This document shows, piece after piece, positions 1 through 10,004 of a stretch of 53,499 nucleotides of DNA (position 1 is the first letter of the stretch; each line of letters begins with the position of its first letter). Where the stretch lies: positions 4,847-58,345 of the forward strand of contig VBBR01000036.1 in NCBI GenBank assembly GCA_005881615.1. Reading direction: 5' to 3'. The stretch comes from Candidatus Bathyarchaeota archaeon (GTDB lineage Archaea; Thermoproteota; Bathyarchaeia; 40CM-2-53-6). The notes beneath the pieces are model-generated. The model was not told where the DNA came from. It searched no databases and saw only the letters and a list, made by a program, of their open reading frames with translations. The position numbers and the translations under genes are program-made.

Positions 1-70
1 TGGTGTTAGGCGGGTTACTCTATTGCAGAGGCGGTTGTGGACTGCGGACCCTCATCGTCGGTATCAAGGG

Positions 71-1075
71 CTAGATGAAGAAGACGAAGGTCACGAAGCA
101 TATCATCATGAGCAGTATTGCATGCTTCAGCCCGTCTTTGAGGTAGCCTGTCGCCATCTTTCCACCGACTAGTCCTGCGAAGAGAGCTTCGATCATTGCC
201 ATGTACAGGAATACCGTTGTTATCTTGTCTAAGGGGAGACTGATGAAGTTGAACCCTACCCCCCCAATGCCTCCCCCGCCACCACCGAAGTTCGTGTTGG
301 CCAGTTGTTTGAAGAAGCTCGAGATGAGTAGGTAGACGGTGACAAGGAAGACTGCGAAACTGATGTACATGACTCCGATGAAAGGTCTTAGAGTGGCACG
401 CCTCTTTCTCTCCAAGTACTGGATCTCTTGCACGTGCTTGGCGACGGATTCCATGCTCTCCTGGATGTCTCCTCCGGACTTGTTGGCCTCTGCGATAAGC
501 ATCGAACTTCGCCGAGAGAGAGTTGTACCGGTCGCATCAGCAAAGTATTGCAGGGCCCTTTCTAACGGGACCCTGAAGCTGATCTTTGCAATTAGCTTCT
601 TGAGTTCCTTCGTCAAGGGACCGTAATCACGTTCCGAGGAGATTTCGATAGACCTGGTCAGGGTCATGCCACTTCTACCTGCGTCAGCAATGTCTCGGAT
701 GAGGTGTGGAATGTTGTTATCGATAGAGTCTCGTCGCTTGGACTCTGCAAGATAGACTAGGGCCGGAGGTATGAGCGCGACGATTCCTCCCAGTAGGAGG
801 AAACGGTCGATGCTGAACTTGCCAACTAAGCCAGCAATCGGAACGCTTGGCGTAGGCCCGAAGAGAGCGATCTCAACTATTCCCCAGAAGAAGATTCCAG
901 CGAAGATTATTCCGCTGAAGACCCAAACTAGTTTACGGGTGATCTTGCTAAAGATCCCCCCCAGTCCGCCTCCGCCGCCCGAATCGTCTTTGATTTTTTT
1001 AACTTTCTTGGCGGGGACTGCGGCGTCTGAGCCCTGTGGGGCCGGTGCCGGTGCTGGTTCGTTTGGTTGTGACAT
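71..1075 (-). CDS. Type IV pilus/archaellum membrane platform protein (TadC/ArlJ, T2SS-F family)
   Basis: Multi-TM; IDNNIPHLIRDIADAGRSGMTL and EANKSGGDIQESME match the T2SS-F pattern; in an operon with the secretion ATPase. Confidence 0.9.
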   Translation of the reverse strand: MSQPNEPAPAPAPQGSDAAVPAKKVKKIKDDSGGGGGLGGIFSKITRKLVWVFSGIIFAGIFFWGIVEIALFGPTPSVPIAGLVGKFSIDRFLLLGGIVALIPPALVYLAESKRRDSIDNNIPHLIRDIADAGRSGMTLTRSIEISSERDYGPLTKELKKLIAKISFRVPLERALQYFADATGTTLSRRSSMLIAEANKSGGDIQESMESVAKHVQEIQYLERKRRATLRPFIGVMYISFAVFLVTVYLLISSFFKQLANTNFGGGGGGIGGVGFNFISLPLDKITTVFLYMAMIEALFAGLVGGKMATGYLKDGLKHAILLMMICFVTFVFFI

Positions 1076-1087
1076 TTTCTTGTTTCC

Positions 1088-2596
1088 CTAACCTTTCGGC
1101 TGCATAGTATCCAGGATGAAGAGGAACATTACGCCGCATATTGGTATGAGGATGAAGGCTAAGAGGTACATGAAAGAGAACACATCTATCCCTCCCAGAT
1201 TACCTCCTATAGAGGCCATGATCGAGAGCATGACGACGAGCATTAGGGGGAAGGCGATGAGCATGAGCACGTATGTCTCAGCAATGATTCCCAGGGTATC
1301 GAGGAATGCTTGGACTGAGAGAGCTCGTTTCTGGAACAAGTGGTCTGTTATTCCTTGGAAGAACTTCTTCATGTCACCACCGGTCCTGATGACCCCTGCG
1401 AAGCCTCGCAGAAGGTCTTGGTAATTTGCTGAGGGTGAGCGCTCTACCTCAGCGTTCATAGCGTTGATGACATCGTAGCCGAGAAGGTCGATTCTTCCGA
1501 TCACATTCGCAATCTCGTCGGAGAGCATGAACTTAGGATCCTTCTCAGAAGTGGATCTCAGTATCCGCTCGGGCGTGACCCCCGCGGATGCGAGAACTGT
1601 CATGTAGCTTGCAGTGAACGGCAGGAAATTGTCTAACCGTTGCCTCCGGGACCCGACTTTCATGGATGGGAGTATGTAGAAGAATCCAAGAATTGCGGCG
1701 CCAGTCACTACCGCGAGCCCAATCGAGAGTAGAACGCTCAGGAGAACGGATGTTATCGAGAATGTGAGACCGAATGCGCTTCCGAGGCCTAGATTGAGGA
1801 TGAGGAACCATACGAAGAAGGATAATCCTCCTCCCACCAAGGCGAAGAAGACCATGCTGCTAACATAGGCCTTGTACCCAATCTTCATTCCAGCTAGAGA
1901 GAGAACCTGTTTGAGACCGCTAAAGATCGGTAGTAGTCTGCCTATTTTTCTGCCAAGTAGACCGTAGGTGAAGTAGGAGAAGCCTTGCTTCTCTTCTGGG
2001 GGAAGCGCAATTCCTCCCTTCTTGCCCTTTTCACCCTGTTCCATGAAGCGACGCATTCTAGTTCGATAGTCTCCCATGTGGAGTACGGCTTTCTCGTAGA
2101 CGAAACTGCTGTAGATCGCACCTAGGGGTGAGAGGAGGACGATTTCGATAATTACCCACGGTGGGGTAGTTGCGGTTAACGGGAAGAACATGCTGGAGAC
2201 GATTGAGATTGGAATTGATAATGGGATGCTGATCAACCACTTGTGCTTCTTCAGCACGGGGATGTTGAAGTTGTACAGTATGGCGAAGAAGGACCCGGCT
2301 ATCAGCAGATAGGTGATTGGGACGAGCTGCTGAACGGCACCGGTGTTAGGGTCCGTGTACCAGGTGCATCCGCAGATCGCGCCCATTCCTCTGAAAAGCA
2401 GCGTGACGAACGAGAGTACGACTGTTGCTCCGGCCCATGACTTGCTTGTCTCGAAGAGATTCTTCTTTGCCGTGTAGAGGCCTAGGGACACTAAGCCGAT
2501 GAATCCAAGTAGTACCACGAGAATATCGTTAGAGTTCGTGGTCAGGATCTGGCCTAGCGGTCCCAGGAATGGGAGGATGGGATCAATTAGACTCAT
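1088..2596 (-). CDS. Second TadC/TadB-like T2SS-F platform protein with an extra N-terminal multi-TM region
   Basis: RLDNFLPFTASYMTVLASAGVTP, LLGYDVINAM, VIRTGGDMKKFF; start overlaps the ATPase stop (TAATG). Confidence 0.9.
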   Translation of the reverse strand: MSLIDPILPFLGPLGQILTTNSNDILVVLLGFIGLVSLGLYTAKKNLFETSKSWAGATVVLSFVTLLFRGMGAICGCTWYTDPNTGAVQQLVPITYLLIAGSFFAILYNFNIPVLKKHKWLISIPLSIPISIVSSMFFPLTATTPPWVIIEIVLLSPLGAIYSSFVYEKAVLHMGDYRTRMRRFMEQGEKGKKGGIALPPEEKQGFSYFTYGLLGRKIGRLLPIFSGLKQVLSLAGMKIGYKAYVSSMVFFALVGGGLSFFVWFLILNLGLGSAFGLTFSITSVLLSVLLSIGLAVVTGAAILGFFYILPSMKVGSRRQRLDNFLPFTASYMTVLASAGVTPERILRSTSEKDPKFMLSDEIANVIGRIDLLGYDVINAMNAEVERSPSANYQDLLRGFAGVIRTGGDMKKFFQGITDHLFQKRALSVQAFLDTLGIIAETYVLMLIAFPLMLVVMLSIMASIGGNLGGIDVFSFMYLLAFILIPICGVMFLFILDTMQPKG

Positions 2597-4200
2597 TATG
2601 GGGTGGCTCCTGAAGGTGATTGGACCATCTTCTCGCGCTTGACCCGATCCAAGAGCTGTTGCGGATTGACGTAGTAGGTGCGTATGACTTCAACGACATC
2701 TTTGAAATCGCGGATGTTGTTCCGGACCATCCATTCGAGGACGAGGCGTCTGTTGTTGAGCTCCTCCATCACTTCCTCATGCTTGTAACCGTGACGTTTC
2801 ATGATGTTCTCAAGAACATAGCTTCGTCCATAGAACACGTACGTGTCCGTTTTTGGATTCCACTTGAAGACATCGTTGGTTAACACATCTTTCGTGGTGG
2901 GATCCAGTCCGACGACCTCTGCAATGTTGACCATGCGTCGGACGCTCTTGTCGCCCACCTGGACTCTGGTCTGGACCCCGATGACATCGATAGTCGGGAT
3001 TAGGGGTCGGGGTATGTTCATGGGTTCGCTTTCGAGACGATGGATTGCGGCTTCGGCTGAATCGGCGTGTAGCGTTGCGAGGCCTCCGTGACCAGTGGCA
3101 ATTGCTTGCATCAGGGTGTAGGCTTCATTGCCTCTGACCTCTCCGACGATGATGTACTCAGGGCGCTGCCTCATAGCGTTCTTGAGCAAGTCGAAGAGTG
3201 TGATCTCGGAGACTTCGCCTGTTACGCCGAATCCTGTTCTGACGACGGATGATAGCCAGTTTTCGTGGGGTAATTGGATTTCAGATGTATCCTCGATTGA
3301 GACGATCTTTGCGTTGGGCTTGATGAACATTGCAAGAGTGTTGATGCAGGTTGTCTTTCCTGAGGCTGTACCGCCCACGACGATGACCGAGGCTTGTTTC
3401 TCGATGATGTACCAGTACCATGCCGCCATCTCCGCAGACATTGTATTGTAGATTATCAGGTCCGAGCAGGTGAGAGGTCTCTCTCTGAACTTTCGTATCG
3501 TGAAGGTTGATCCGCGTCTGGTGACCTCTTTCTCGTAGGTCATCTGGACTCGGCTACCGTCTGGTAGCGTGGCGTCCAGGACCGGTTGGGCAATGGATAT
3601 GGCCCGGCCGGTCATGTAGCTGAGTTTGAGGATGAACTTGTCAAGCTCTTCCGAAGTGTTGAAGATAACGTTGGTCGGTATCGATTCATGTTTTCGATGC
3701 CATATGTAAATGGGTATTCCCATGCCGTTGCAGGAAATATCCTCGATCCAGGGATCCCGCATCAACGGGTCTATCTTGTCGAAGTGCACAAAGTCCCGGA
3801 TAATGTAGTACATCAAACGGTCTAGAGCGTCAGGCGTGATCTTGATCTTGTAGTTCTTGATGATCTTCTCGACAAGTTTCCTAATGTAAGCTGCAGCGTT
3901 CTCGTTGCCGCCTAGCCTCTTAACGTCAACGTCCAGTTCTTCGACGAGGAGCTCGCCGATCTCCCTGAGCTTCTTCTTCTCATCATCGCTCAGCTGCACC
4001 TCCACTATCTGGTACTTGATCGCGCCATCTTCTTTAACGATCCGGACCTTTGCATAGGGCGCGTTTACATCGTATTGTTCCAGAACGGGTGTGTCTGATG
4101 CTTTCTTCATCAGATCTATGGTCATCTTTTCGTATTCCATCAGCATGCCGACAATGTTGTCTATCTTGTCGGTTTTCTCGGGCTTTGCGGTTTTTGACAT
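2596..4200 (-). CDS. Type IV pilus assembly ATPase (ArlI/PilB/AapE family)
   Basis: Walker A GGTASGKTT, Asp box VSIEDTSE, RQRPEYIIVGEVRG, His box TGHGGLATLHA. Confidence 0.95.
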   Translation of the reverse strand: MSKTAKPEKTDKIDNIVGMLMEYEKMTIDLMKKASDTPVLEQYDVNAPYAKVRIVKEDGAIKYQIVEVQLSDDEKKKLREIGELLVEELDVDVKRLGGNENAAAYIRKLVEKIIKNYKIKITPDALDRLMYYIIRDFVHFDKIDPLMRDPWIEDISCNGMGIPIYIWHRKHESIPTNVIFNTSEELDKFILKLSYMTGRAISIAQPVLDATLPDGSRVQMTYEKEVTRRGSTFTIRKFRERPLTCSDLIIYNTMSAEMAAWYWYIIEKQASVIVVGGTASGKTTCINTLAMFIKPNAKIVSIEDTSEIQLPHENWLSSVVRTGFGVTGEVSEITLFDLLKNAMRQRPEYIIVGEVRGNEAYTLMQAIATGHGGLATLHADSAEAAIHRLESEPMNIPRPLIPTIDVIGVQTRVQVGDKSVRRMVNIAEVVGLDPTTKDVLTNDVFKWNPKTDTYVFYGRSYVLENIMKRHGYKHEEVMEELNNRRLVLEWMVRNNIRDFKDVVEVIRTYYVNPQQLLDRVKREKMVQSPSGATP

Positions 4201-4205
4201 GATTA

Positions 4206-4994
4206 TCAGATCACTCTGCCGAATGTCTCGGCCATGACTCCTCTGTCTGTGATTGAGAACGGCAGGAGCATTGGGCGCAGCTGTGCTCTCCTCATCTTGT
4301 AAAACCGAAGCTTTCCCTCTAAGTGCTCAGACTCAAGCTCGAATTCAACAACGACATCAGACATGTGCGATAAAGTCGCGACAACATGTGGATCGTGGAT
4401 GTCCGACAAGATGGGCATGAAGACGAGGCCGTTTCGCTGATGAATCTGGCTGCCTAGAATCTCCAAGAGCTCACGTACAGATGCGGCGTCATGATTGACC
4501 AGCAGGTCCGAGAGTGAATCTATCATTACTATGTCTCCTTCATCCAGTTGTGACAGTATCTCCCTCCGGAGTGTCACAAAGAGGTCGGAGCCAAGACTTC
4601 TCGAACCGGGACTCATTGCCCCGGGCCCGAGCAAACCCGCGCCCATTGATCCTGGCCCGTGACCCCCTTGTTGGAGGGACTGCACTCTTGGACTGTATGC
4701 GTCAATAAAGGTCCACTGTCTCCCTTGTTCCATTTCGCTGGTATCCCATTCGTAGACCATCATTTCTTCTCTGATGTATGCGGGGTCTCTGACGATTGTG
4801 AAATAGAAAATTCGATGCCCCTCTGTGCCCAAGAGATAAGCGATCTGCTGGCAGAAGAGACGAACAGGACCTTCCTGGTTGCTGATCAGGAGTACAGTGC
4901 TACCGGCCGGTATTCCACCGCCCAGTTTCTCGTCTAGGCCACCCATTCCTACCCGGATTCGGCGGATTCTCTCCGGGGGTCTAGCTCTAATCAA
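4206..4994 (-). CDS. KaiC/RAD55-family (ArlH-like) protein with degenerate Walker A
   Basis: GLDEKLGGGIPAGSTVLL, VMIDSLSDL and KMR motifs; P-loop reads SNQEGPVR instead of GxxGxGKT. Confidence 0.8.
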   Translation of the reverse strand: MIRARPPERIRRIRVGMGGLDEKLGGGIPAGSTVLLISNQEGPVRLFCQQIAYLLGTEGHRIFYFTIVRDPAYIREEMMVYEWDTSEMEQGRQWTFIDAYSPRVQSLQQGGHGPGSMGAGLLGPGAMSPGSRSLGSDLFVTLRREILSQLDEGDIVMIDSLSDLLVNHDAASVRELLEILGSQIHQRNGLVFMPILSDIHDPHVVATLSHMSDVVVEFELESEHLEGKLRFYKMRRAQLRPMLLPFSITDRGVMAETFGRVI

Positions 4995-6024
4995 CCTGTT
5001 TCGCCTTGAAGATTGCGCGCCTCAATCGCTTGGTGACCTCAGGCTCTGACTTGATCTCGATCCCGTTTTCGTTGATGATGAAGGGATGTTGATATTGAGA
5101 GTGAGAGGTGCCGCGCATTTTGGGAATCTCGATTTTTCGAGAGCGCACCTTCATGGAGAACGAGTCCTCCTCGAGCGAGTTTCCTTCGAGAGCGTTCTGT
5201 TCAAGTGTCGTTTCGCCGCTAACACTCTCTTCGAGGTTGTGGTGAAGCCTGATCATTCCGTCGACCACGTATTCCTCGACAGACTTGCGTCCTTGGTTGG
5301 TCGTCTCAGCTTGTCCGCTGACGAGCAATGTGGTGCAGCCGAAAGATTTGAGAATCATGGTAAGTCGCTGTATGAGACTTCTGAGATCCACTTGGGTAAG
5401 TTCCAGACTCATCGCGTCTAGTGAATCTATCACCACTCTGCGAGCGTTTACGGTTTGTATGGCGTTCTGGATCTCGTATAGTAATGATTCCAGGGTGAAA
5501 GGTCGCGGTACGACATACCGTTCACCGCTGCTAAGCCCGAGCCGGCTGGAAATCGCGTCTAAGACTATTATGTTGCCGTTGTCCTCGTATGTCTGTATGT
5601 TCCAGCCGAAGCTGTTGTACATGTTTTCTCGGAGCTGCTGAGGAGTTTCTTCTAGCACGACGTAGATCCCGTTTTCGTTGTACTTTGATATCCCGTTGTA
5701 GAGAAACTGTGTTGAGAAGATTGTCTTGCCTGCACCTGCAGGACCGCCTAAGAGGTAGACCCTGTCGCGGATGAGCCCGCCGCCAACGATCTGGTCGAAA
5801 CCGGGAATTCCTGACGGTATTCTCTGGAGCTGTTGGAGTTGAGGGCGCGCTGGTTGCTGTTCTTGTGGTGGGGGAGTTGGAGCGTATCCTGAGTTGTCGT
5901 ATCCCTGGTTCTCATAGGAACCGGACTCGTAACCAGTGTAGCCTTGTGAGGGGTCGTATTGCGAGGGGTCCTGGTATGAGTAAGGGTCGTTGTTTGCTGG
6001 CTGTCCCTGGTCATCATAACTCAT
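4987..6024 (-). CDS. KaiC/RAD55-family ATPase with a Tyr/Gln/Asp-rich disordered N-terminus
   Basis: SGIPGFDQIVGGG, GPAGAGKT, YVVLEE, VVIDSL, EEYVVDG, KMRGTSH. Confidence 0.92.
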   Translation of the reverse strand: MSYDDQGQPANNDPYSYQDPSQYDPSQGYTGYESGSYENQGYDNSGYAPTPPPQEQQPARPQLQQLQRIPSGIPGFDQIVGGGLIRDRVYLLGGPAGAGKTIFSTQFLYNGISKYNENGIYVVLEETPQQLRENMYNSFGWNIQTYEDNGNIIVLDAISSRLGLSSGERYVVPRPFTLESLLYEIQNAIQTVNARRVVIDSLDAMSLELTQVDLRSLIQRLTMILKSFGCTTLLVSGQAETTNQGRKSVEEYVVDGMIRLHHNLEESVSGETTLEQNALEGNSLEEDSFSMKVRSRKIEIPKMRGTSHSQYQHPFIINENGIEIKSEPEVTKRLRRAIFKAKQVD

Positions 6025-6043
6025 TAGCCATCCCAGGTCTCAC

Positions 6044-7162
6044 TCAACATGTGCCCGGATAACCAGCAGTGCTCTTGAAGTCCATGAATGGGATTGTCTC
6101 TCCTTGAGGCTGGTTCTGGTAGATGTAGTAGAATCCGATGAAGGTTAGCCAATTGTCCTGAGTGTTTCCCAAGTTAATGCCACCCGTCCCGCTTTGGCTT
6201 GTGCCGCCAAAATAGACTGGTGTCTTGGCGGCTGCTCCGTTCGCAGGGGCCGGAGGCAGATAGTATGGGTTGCCGACAGGAACGGGATTCTGGTTGTATG
6301 GGGTGATAGAAGCCGGATTGATGCTTGTTGGCGAGACTATCCAGGTTCGGACGAATTGTCCGAAACCGTTGGCGCTGTACGGCTGCATCTCCATCATAGT
6401 GCTGGCTTCCAATGTTACTCCACTGTTGGTTGCTGTGTTCGCGACCTCCACCCAATACACCATAGTGGTTGAAGTGGGAACACAGAAGGCTGATTGGGAT
6501 TGAGTTTGGGAGCCTTGGGTGAAGTTGAAGGACTTGAAGTCGAAATAGATTGACAGGGGTCCGATGTTGGTGACGAATTGTCCCCCTGGATTGTTACTAT
6601 TTACATTCACTGGCCAAGGGTAGAAGAAGCTGAACAAGCGACCTCTTGTGGTGCTTAGTATAACCTTGTATCCGCTTCCGTCGTTCAACGTCAATCCGTT
6701 GACATGGATGAGTTGGTAGATCACGCCTGCCGCTACATTTCCGTTTGTAAAGTAACAGAGGCCATTGCCTGCGCAGTTTTGGGTGCCCGATCCCGTATCA
6801 ACTATGCATGAGCCTTGGCTGTTGGGATCGCTGCTGGTACAGTGGGTACCCCCAGTCGGAGAAATATTAGTAATGTAGATTCTTGCGATGCTGACTGTGG
6901 TGCCGCCTAGATTGTTGACTGGGATGTTGAAGCTTGTGCTGGTGAAGTTCTGCGCCCCGGGATTTGTAGGGACTAGGTTTTCAGAAATGGCGAGTTGATC
7001 GTTCTGGTTCATCGAGCGAAGTGTCGTATTGTAGTTGTCGTATTGGATGAAGCCCCACAGCATCAGGTTAAATCCCATAAGTATGAGAATGACGAAGAAT
7101 AGTCCCCCGAATACGGTGCTCATGCCCTTCTTTGCACGGACGAATCGTCTGTAGATCGTCAT
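6044..7162 (-). CDS. Large minor pilin/adhesin with class III signal peptide
   Basis: RAKKG|MSTVFGGLFF followed by a hydrophobic helix; NNLGGT core motif; rich in Asn/Thr/Ser with Cys pairs. Confidence 0.8.
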   Translation of the reverse strand: MTIYRRFVRAKKGMSTVFGGLFFVILILMGFNLMLWGFIQYDNYNTTLRSMNQNDQLAISENLVPTNPGAQNFTSTSFNIPVNNLGGTTVSIARIYITNISPTGGTHCTSSDPNSQGSCIVDTGSGTQNCAGNGLCYFTNGNVAAGVIYQLIHVNGLTLNDGSGYKVILSTTRGRLFSFFYPWPVNVNSNNPGGQFVTNIGPLSIYFDFKSFNFTQGSQTQSQSAFCVPTSTTMVYWVEVANTATNSGVTLEASTMMEMQPYSANGFGQFVRTWIVSPTSINPASITPYNQNPVPVGNPYYLPPAPANGAAAKTPVYFGGTSQSGTGGINLGNTQDNWLTFIGFYYIYQNQPQGETIPFMDFKSTAGYPGTC

Positions 7163-7166
7163 GTGT

Positions 7167-7637
7167 CTATGACACCCAAGTTGTCGCTACGACGGTACCT
7201 CTAGATGTCGCAACGGTTACTTTCTGAATGTCTCCATGTGCCGGAGCTGAACCTGTAATAGTATTCACCATCGAGAAGCCATAGACTTGTGTGACGTTGA
7301 TGACCCGAGAGACGCCGGTCTGTGACCCGTTAAGATATAGGCTGACGACAGTGAATGGTATTGTTCCTACATTGCGAACGTATATGTTGATGAGGCTCGA
7401 TCCGAAGTAGACGTTTTCTACTGATACTCTTTCCTGGTTGGCTATGCTGCGGCTGGAGAACCAGTACCCTGCGCCTCCCTGGTAGGCTCCGAAGCTGGAA
7501 ATCGCCCACACGAAAAGGAGAGAACTTAGACTAACAACTATGACAAGCATGGTCAGATTGGCCATGATCGTACTGATGCCCCGCCTTGACCTGCGGTTCT
7601 TCTCAATACGATTCTTCGCCCATTTTGCTAGATTCAT
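7167..7637 (-). CDS. Archaeal type IV pilin
   Basis: SRRG|ISTIMANLTML class III signal; QERVSVENV and IYVRNVG pilin motifs. Confidence 0.88.
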   Translation of the reverse strand: MNLAKWAKNRIEKNRRSRRGISTIMANLTMLVIVVSLSSLLFVWAISSFGAYQGGAGYWFSSRSIANQERVSVENVYFGSSLINIYVRNVGTIPFTVVSLYLNGSQTGVSRVINVTQVYGFSMVNTITGSAPAHGDIQKVTVATSRGTVVATTWVS

Positions 7638-8392
7638 TCTTTCTTCTCTCCAGTGCTACCTATCGATACGTGTTCGACCGAGACTTGGAAGTTCAAGCCT
7701 GACATCTCAAAGGGTTCTAGAGATAAAGCCCCACTGTTTCTTTCGCCCTTGCACATTGGTACCAGGCTAGAGTTCGAGTCCGAAGGAATTCCAATCCCTG
7801 CTGGATGGACATTCTAGTCCAACTTATGACATCGACGAATGCAATTGTGTGATCGAGGATCTGTCGATTCAACTTTTGTTTGCGATCGTCGATTAGCGGA
7901 AGAACTGGTTTAATTGAACCCAATTGTCGCGGAATGTTCAACTCTGAGAACTGGTAGAATCTCAGATTCTTGTCGAGTGCGTCAATTGTCAAGGAGAACA
8001 CTTCCCATATTTCTCAAACATCTATTATCAAATGTTGTAGGTTTGTGATGCCTAAGTGCGCAGCCTTCATCGGAATGATCTCCTAAGTGATACGTTCCCG
8101 GAAGGTGAGTAGGTATTCTGCACCGGTAGTATGGCTCTCCAAGGATGACAGCCCCTCTGCACAAGTAGCAACGCTCAAAGAAACGACGACACAGCCATAC
8201 GGTCAACATTGGCCGTCATTCTCACGGAATCGTCTTTTTCCGGGAGCTTACGGTTGCTTTCGGCTCTCGACATGGCCCACTTAGTCGTGGCCATTTTCCA
8301 AGCCTTCCGAAGCTTCTGGTTTTACCGATATGGATCGGTTTTCAAAAAACGGGGAAGTTCAAACCGGGCATCAAGACCCACCAAGCGTAGGC

Positions 8393-8893
8393 TCACCTTG
8401 TTACCGAGAAAGTGAACTGGTTGTTTCGCGTGGTAATCATCAGTATTGTGTACGAGTAGCCAGACGTGAATGTGTAAGCTGAGCCTGACAAGGTGCAGCC
8501 GCTGCAACTGCTTCCTATAGGGAAGTTAATCGCAACGCTCTTGTTGGGGGCTATCGTTGGTCCCGCGCCGGTGGCGTAACTGTATTGATACGAGTTGCCG
8601 TTCGAGTCTTTCACATAGTACGTTTGGATTGTTGCGTTCGCCGTTCCTAGGTTATTGATGTACGCTGTCATATTAGTGCCGTTTGAGAATGCTCCAGAAT
8701 TCGTAACGTAGTTCAAGTTCTCTTGGCCCGTAGTGGGATGTACTAGTAAGGTGCCGAGTAGTCCTGTCGACCAGGCGTAGACCATGACGGATGCAACGAC
8801 GACGATGACGACCATGAGTAGTGCTGCAAGAATCGTGTCAATGCCTTTCTTGTTGTTGAGACATTTACGAATTGATTTCATTTCTTGGCTCAC
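8393..8893 (-). CDS. Archaeal type IV pilin (major pilin candidate; ATG at 8881 is an alternative start)
   Basis: KKG|IDTILAALLMVVIVVVASVMVYAW; QENL, YINNLG. Confidence 0.92.
   Translation of the reverse strand: MSQEMKSIRKCLNNKKGIDTILAALLMVVIVVVASVMVYAWSTGLLGTLLVHPTTGQENLNYVTNSGAFSNGTNMTAYINNLGTANATIQTYYVKDSNGNSYQYSYATGAGPTIAPNKSVAINFPIGSSCSGCTLSGSAYTFTSGYSYTILMITTRNNQFTFSVTR
8736..8821. repeat. 86-bp exact direct repeat, copy 1 (pilin N-terminal helix coding region)
   Basis: GGATGTACTAGTAAGG...ACCATGAGTAG identical to 9253-9338. Confidence 0.95.
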
Positions 8894-8897
8894 CTGT

Positions 8898-9398
8898 TTA
8901 CCGGGTCACCGAGAACGAGAATTGGGTGTTCCGTGAAGTCACCATGGTGATAGTGTAAGAGTAGCCTGAGGTGAATGTGAAGGCGTTTCCGGTCAGAGTG
9001 CAGGAAGATCCACAGCTCGTGTTGATGAGGACGATGATTCCCCTCACTTGGTTCGGAGCGATCACTGGAGGTGCATTGGGTGCTGCCCACGATATCCGTG
9101 AATACTGGTTTCCGCTGGAGTCTTTGACAAAGTAGCTGGTGAGAGTAACGTTTACTGTGCCGAGTTCTCGAATGTTCATTGTAACGTTCTGGCTGTTGAA
9201 GAAAGTGCAAGGGCTACATGCCTCAAGGGCCAAATTCTCTTGGCCTGTGGTAGGATGTACTAGTAAGGTGCCGAGTAGTCCTGTCGACCAGGCGTAGACC
9301 ATGACGGATGCAACGACGACGATGACGACCATGAGTAGAGATGCGAGTATAGTGTTGATGCCTTTCTTGTTCCCTGTTATTTTTTCCAATTTTTTCAC
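8898..9398 (-). CDS. Archaeal type IV pilin, paralog of 8393-8893
   Basis: KKG|INTILASLLMVVIVVVASVMVYAW; similar C-terminus FTSGYSYTI...FSVTR. Confidence 0.92.
   Translation of the reverse strand: MKKLEKITGNKKGINTILASLLMVVIVVVASVMVYAWSTGLLGTLLVHPTTGQENLALEACSPCTFFNSQNVTMNIRELGTVNVTLTSYFVKDSSGNQYSRISWAAPNAPPVIAPNQVRGIIVLINTSCGSSCTLTGNAFTFTSGYSYTITMVTSRNTQFSFSVTR
9253..9338. repeat. 86-bp exact direct repeat, copy 2
   Basis: Identical to 8736-8821. Confidence 0.95.
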
Positions 9399-9531
9399 TC
9401 CTTGTAGTTTCCCTGTGGGCTCGTCCCAACCCTTTTCCCAGATTGAACCGAAGCCGGGGCTACGCGAGAAGGCGCGCTTGATTGGCTCGCTGGTACCGTG
9501 GTTCTGTAATGGAGGTTTCTAGGGGCGTTGT

Positions 9532-9786
9532 TCATGCGTGATCTCTTCCTGCTATACTGAGCCTGGTGTCTGTGTGGTCTACCCAGAAGACCCAGGACTT
9601 TGTCGTCTTCTGACCGCTGATGACGCCCTCCACTACGAGCTCGAGGAGCAGTGCCTTGGTGCTTTCCCAGTTTTTGAGCCCTGACTTGATCCGGACGTTT
9701 TCCACGTCCATTGGTATTGGTGCGCCAGAGAGAACGTGCAGTATTCGGTCGCGTAAGGTATCCTTCGATCTGTTCAATCGACTCAT
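9532..9786 (-). CDS. Small winged-helix DNA-binding protein
   Basis: From the ATG at 9786: LRDRILHVL...WESTKALLLELVVEGVISGQKTTKSWVFW has the helix-helix-wing pattern. Confidence 0.7.
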   Translation of the reverse strand: MSRLNRSKDTLRDRILHVLSGAPIPMDVENVRIKSGLKNWESTKALLLELVVEGVISGQKTTKSWVFWVDHTDTRLSIAGRDHA

Positions 9787-10004
9787 TTTGCTCTCTAGCT
9801 CTGGGGTCGTGGTGTGGATATCGCCCACAAGCCACTGACTACACCCAAGGCCGCATCGAACATAGGCATCATGTAACTTCGAAAATTGTCGAATAGTTAC
9901 ATGGACACTCGCGTGTATCAATCCCGAGAGAGAACCGGATATCCCCGGCAGTAATCGGGGAAAAACCCGTAGGGATGGTAGTTGTGTATCTTGCTATACC
10001 GTGA

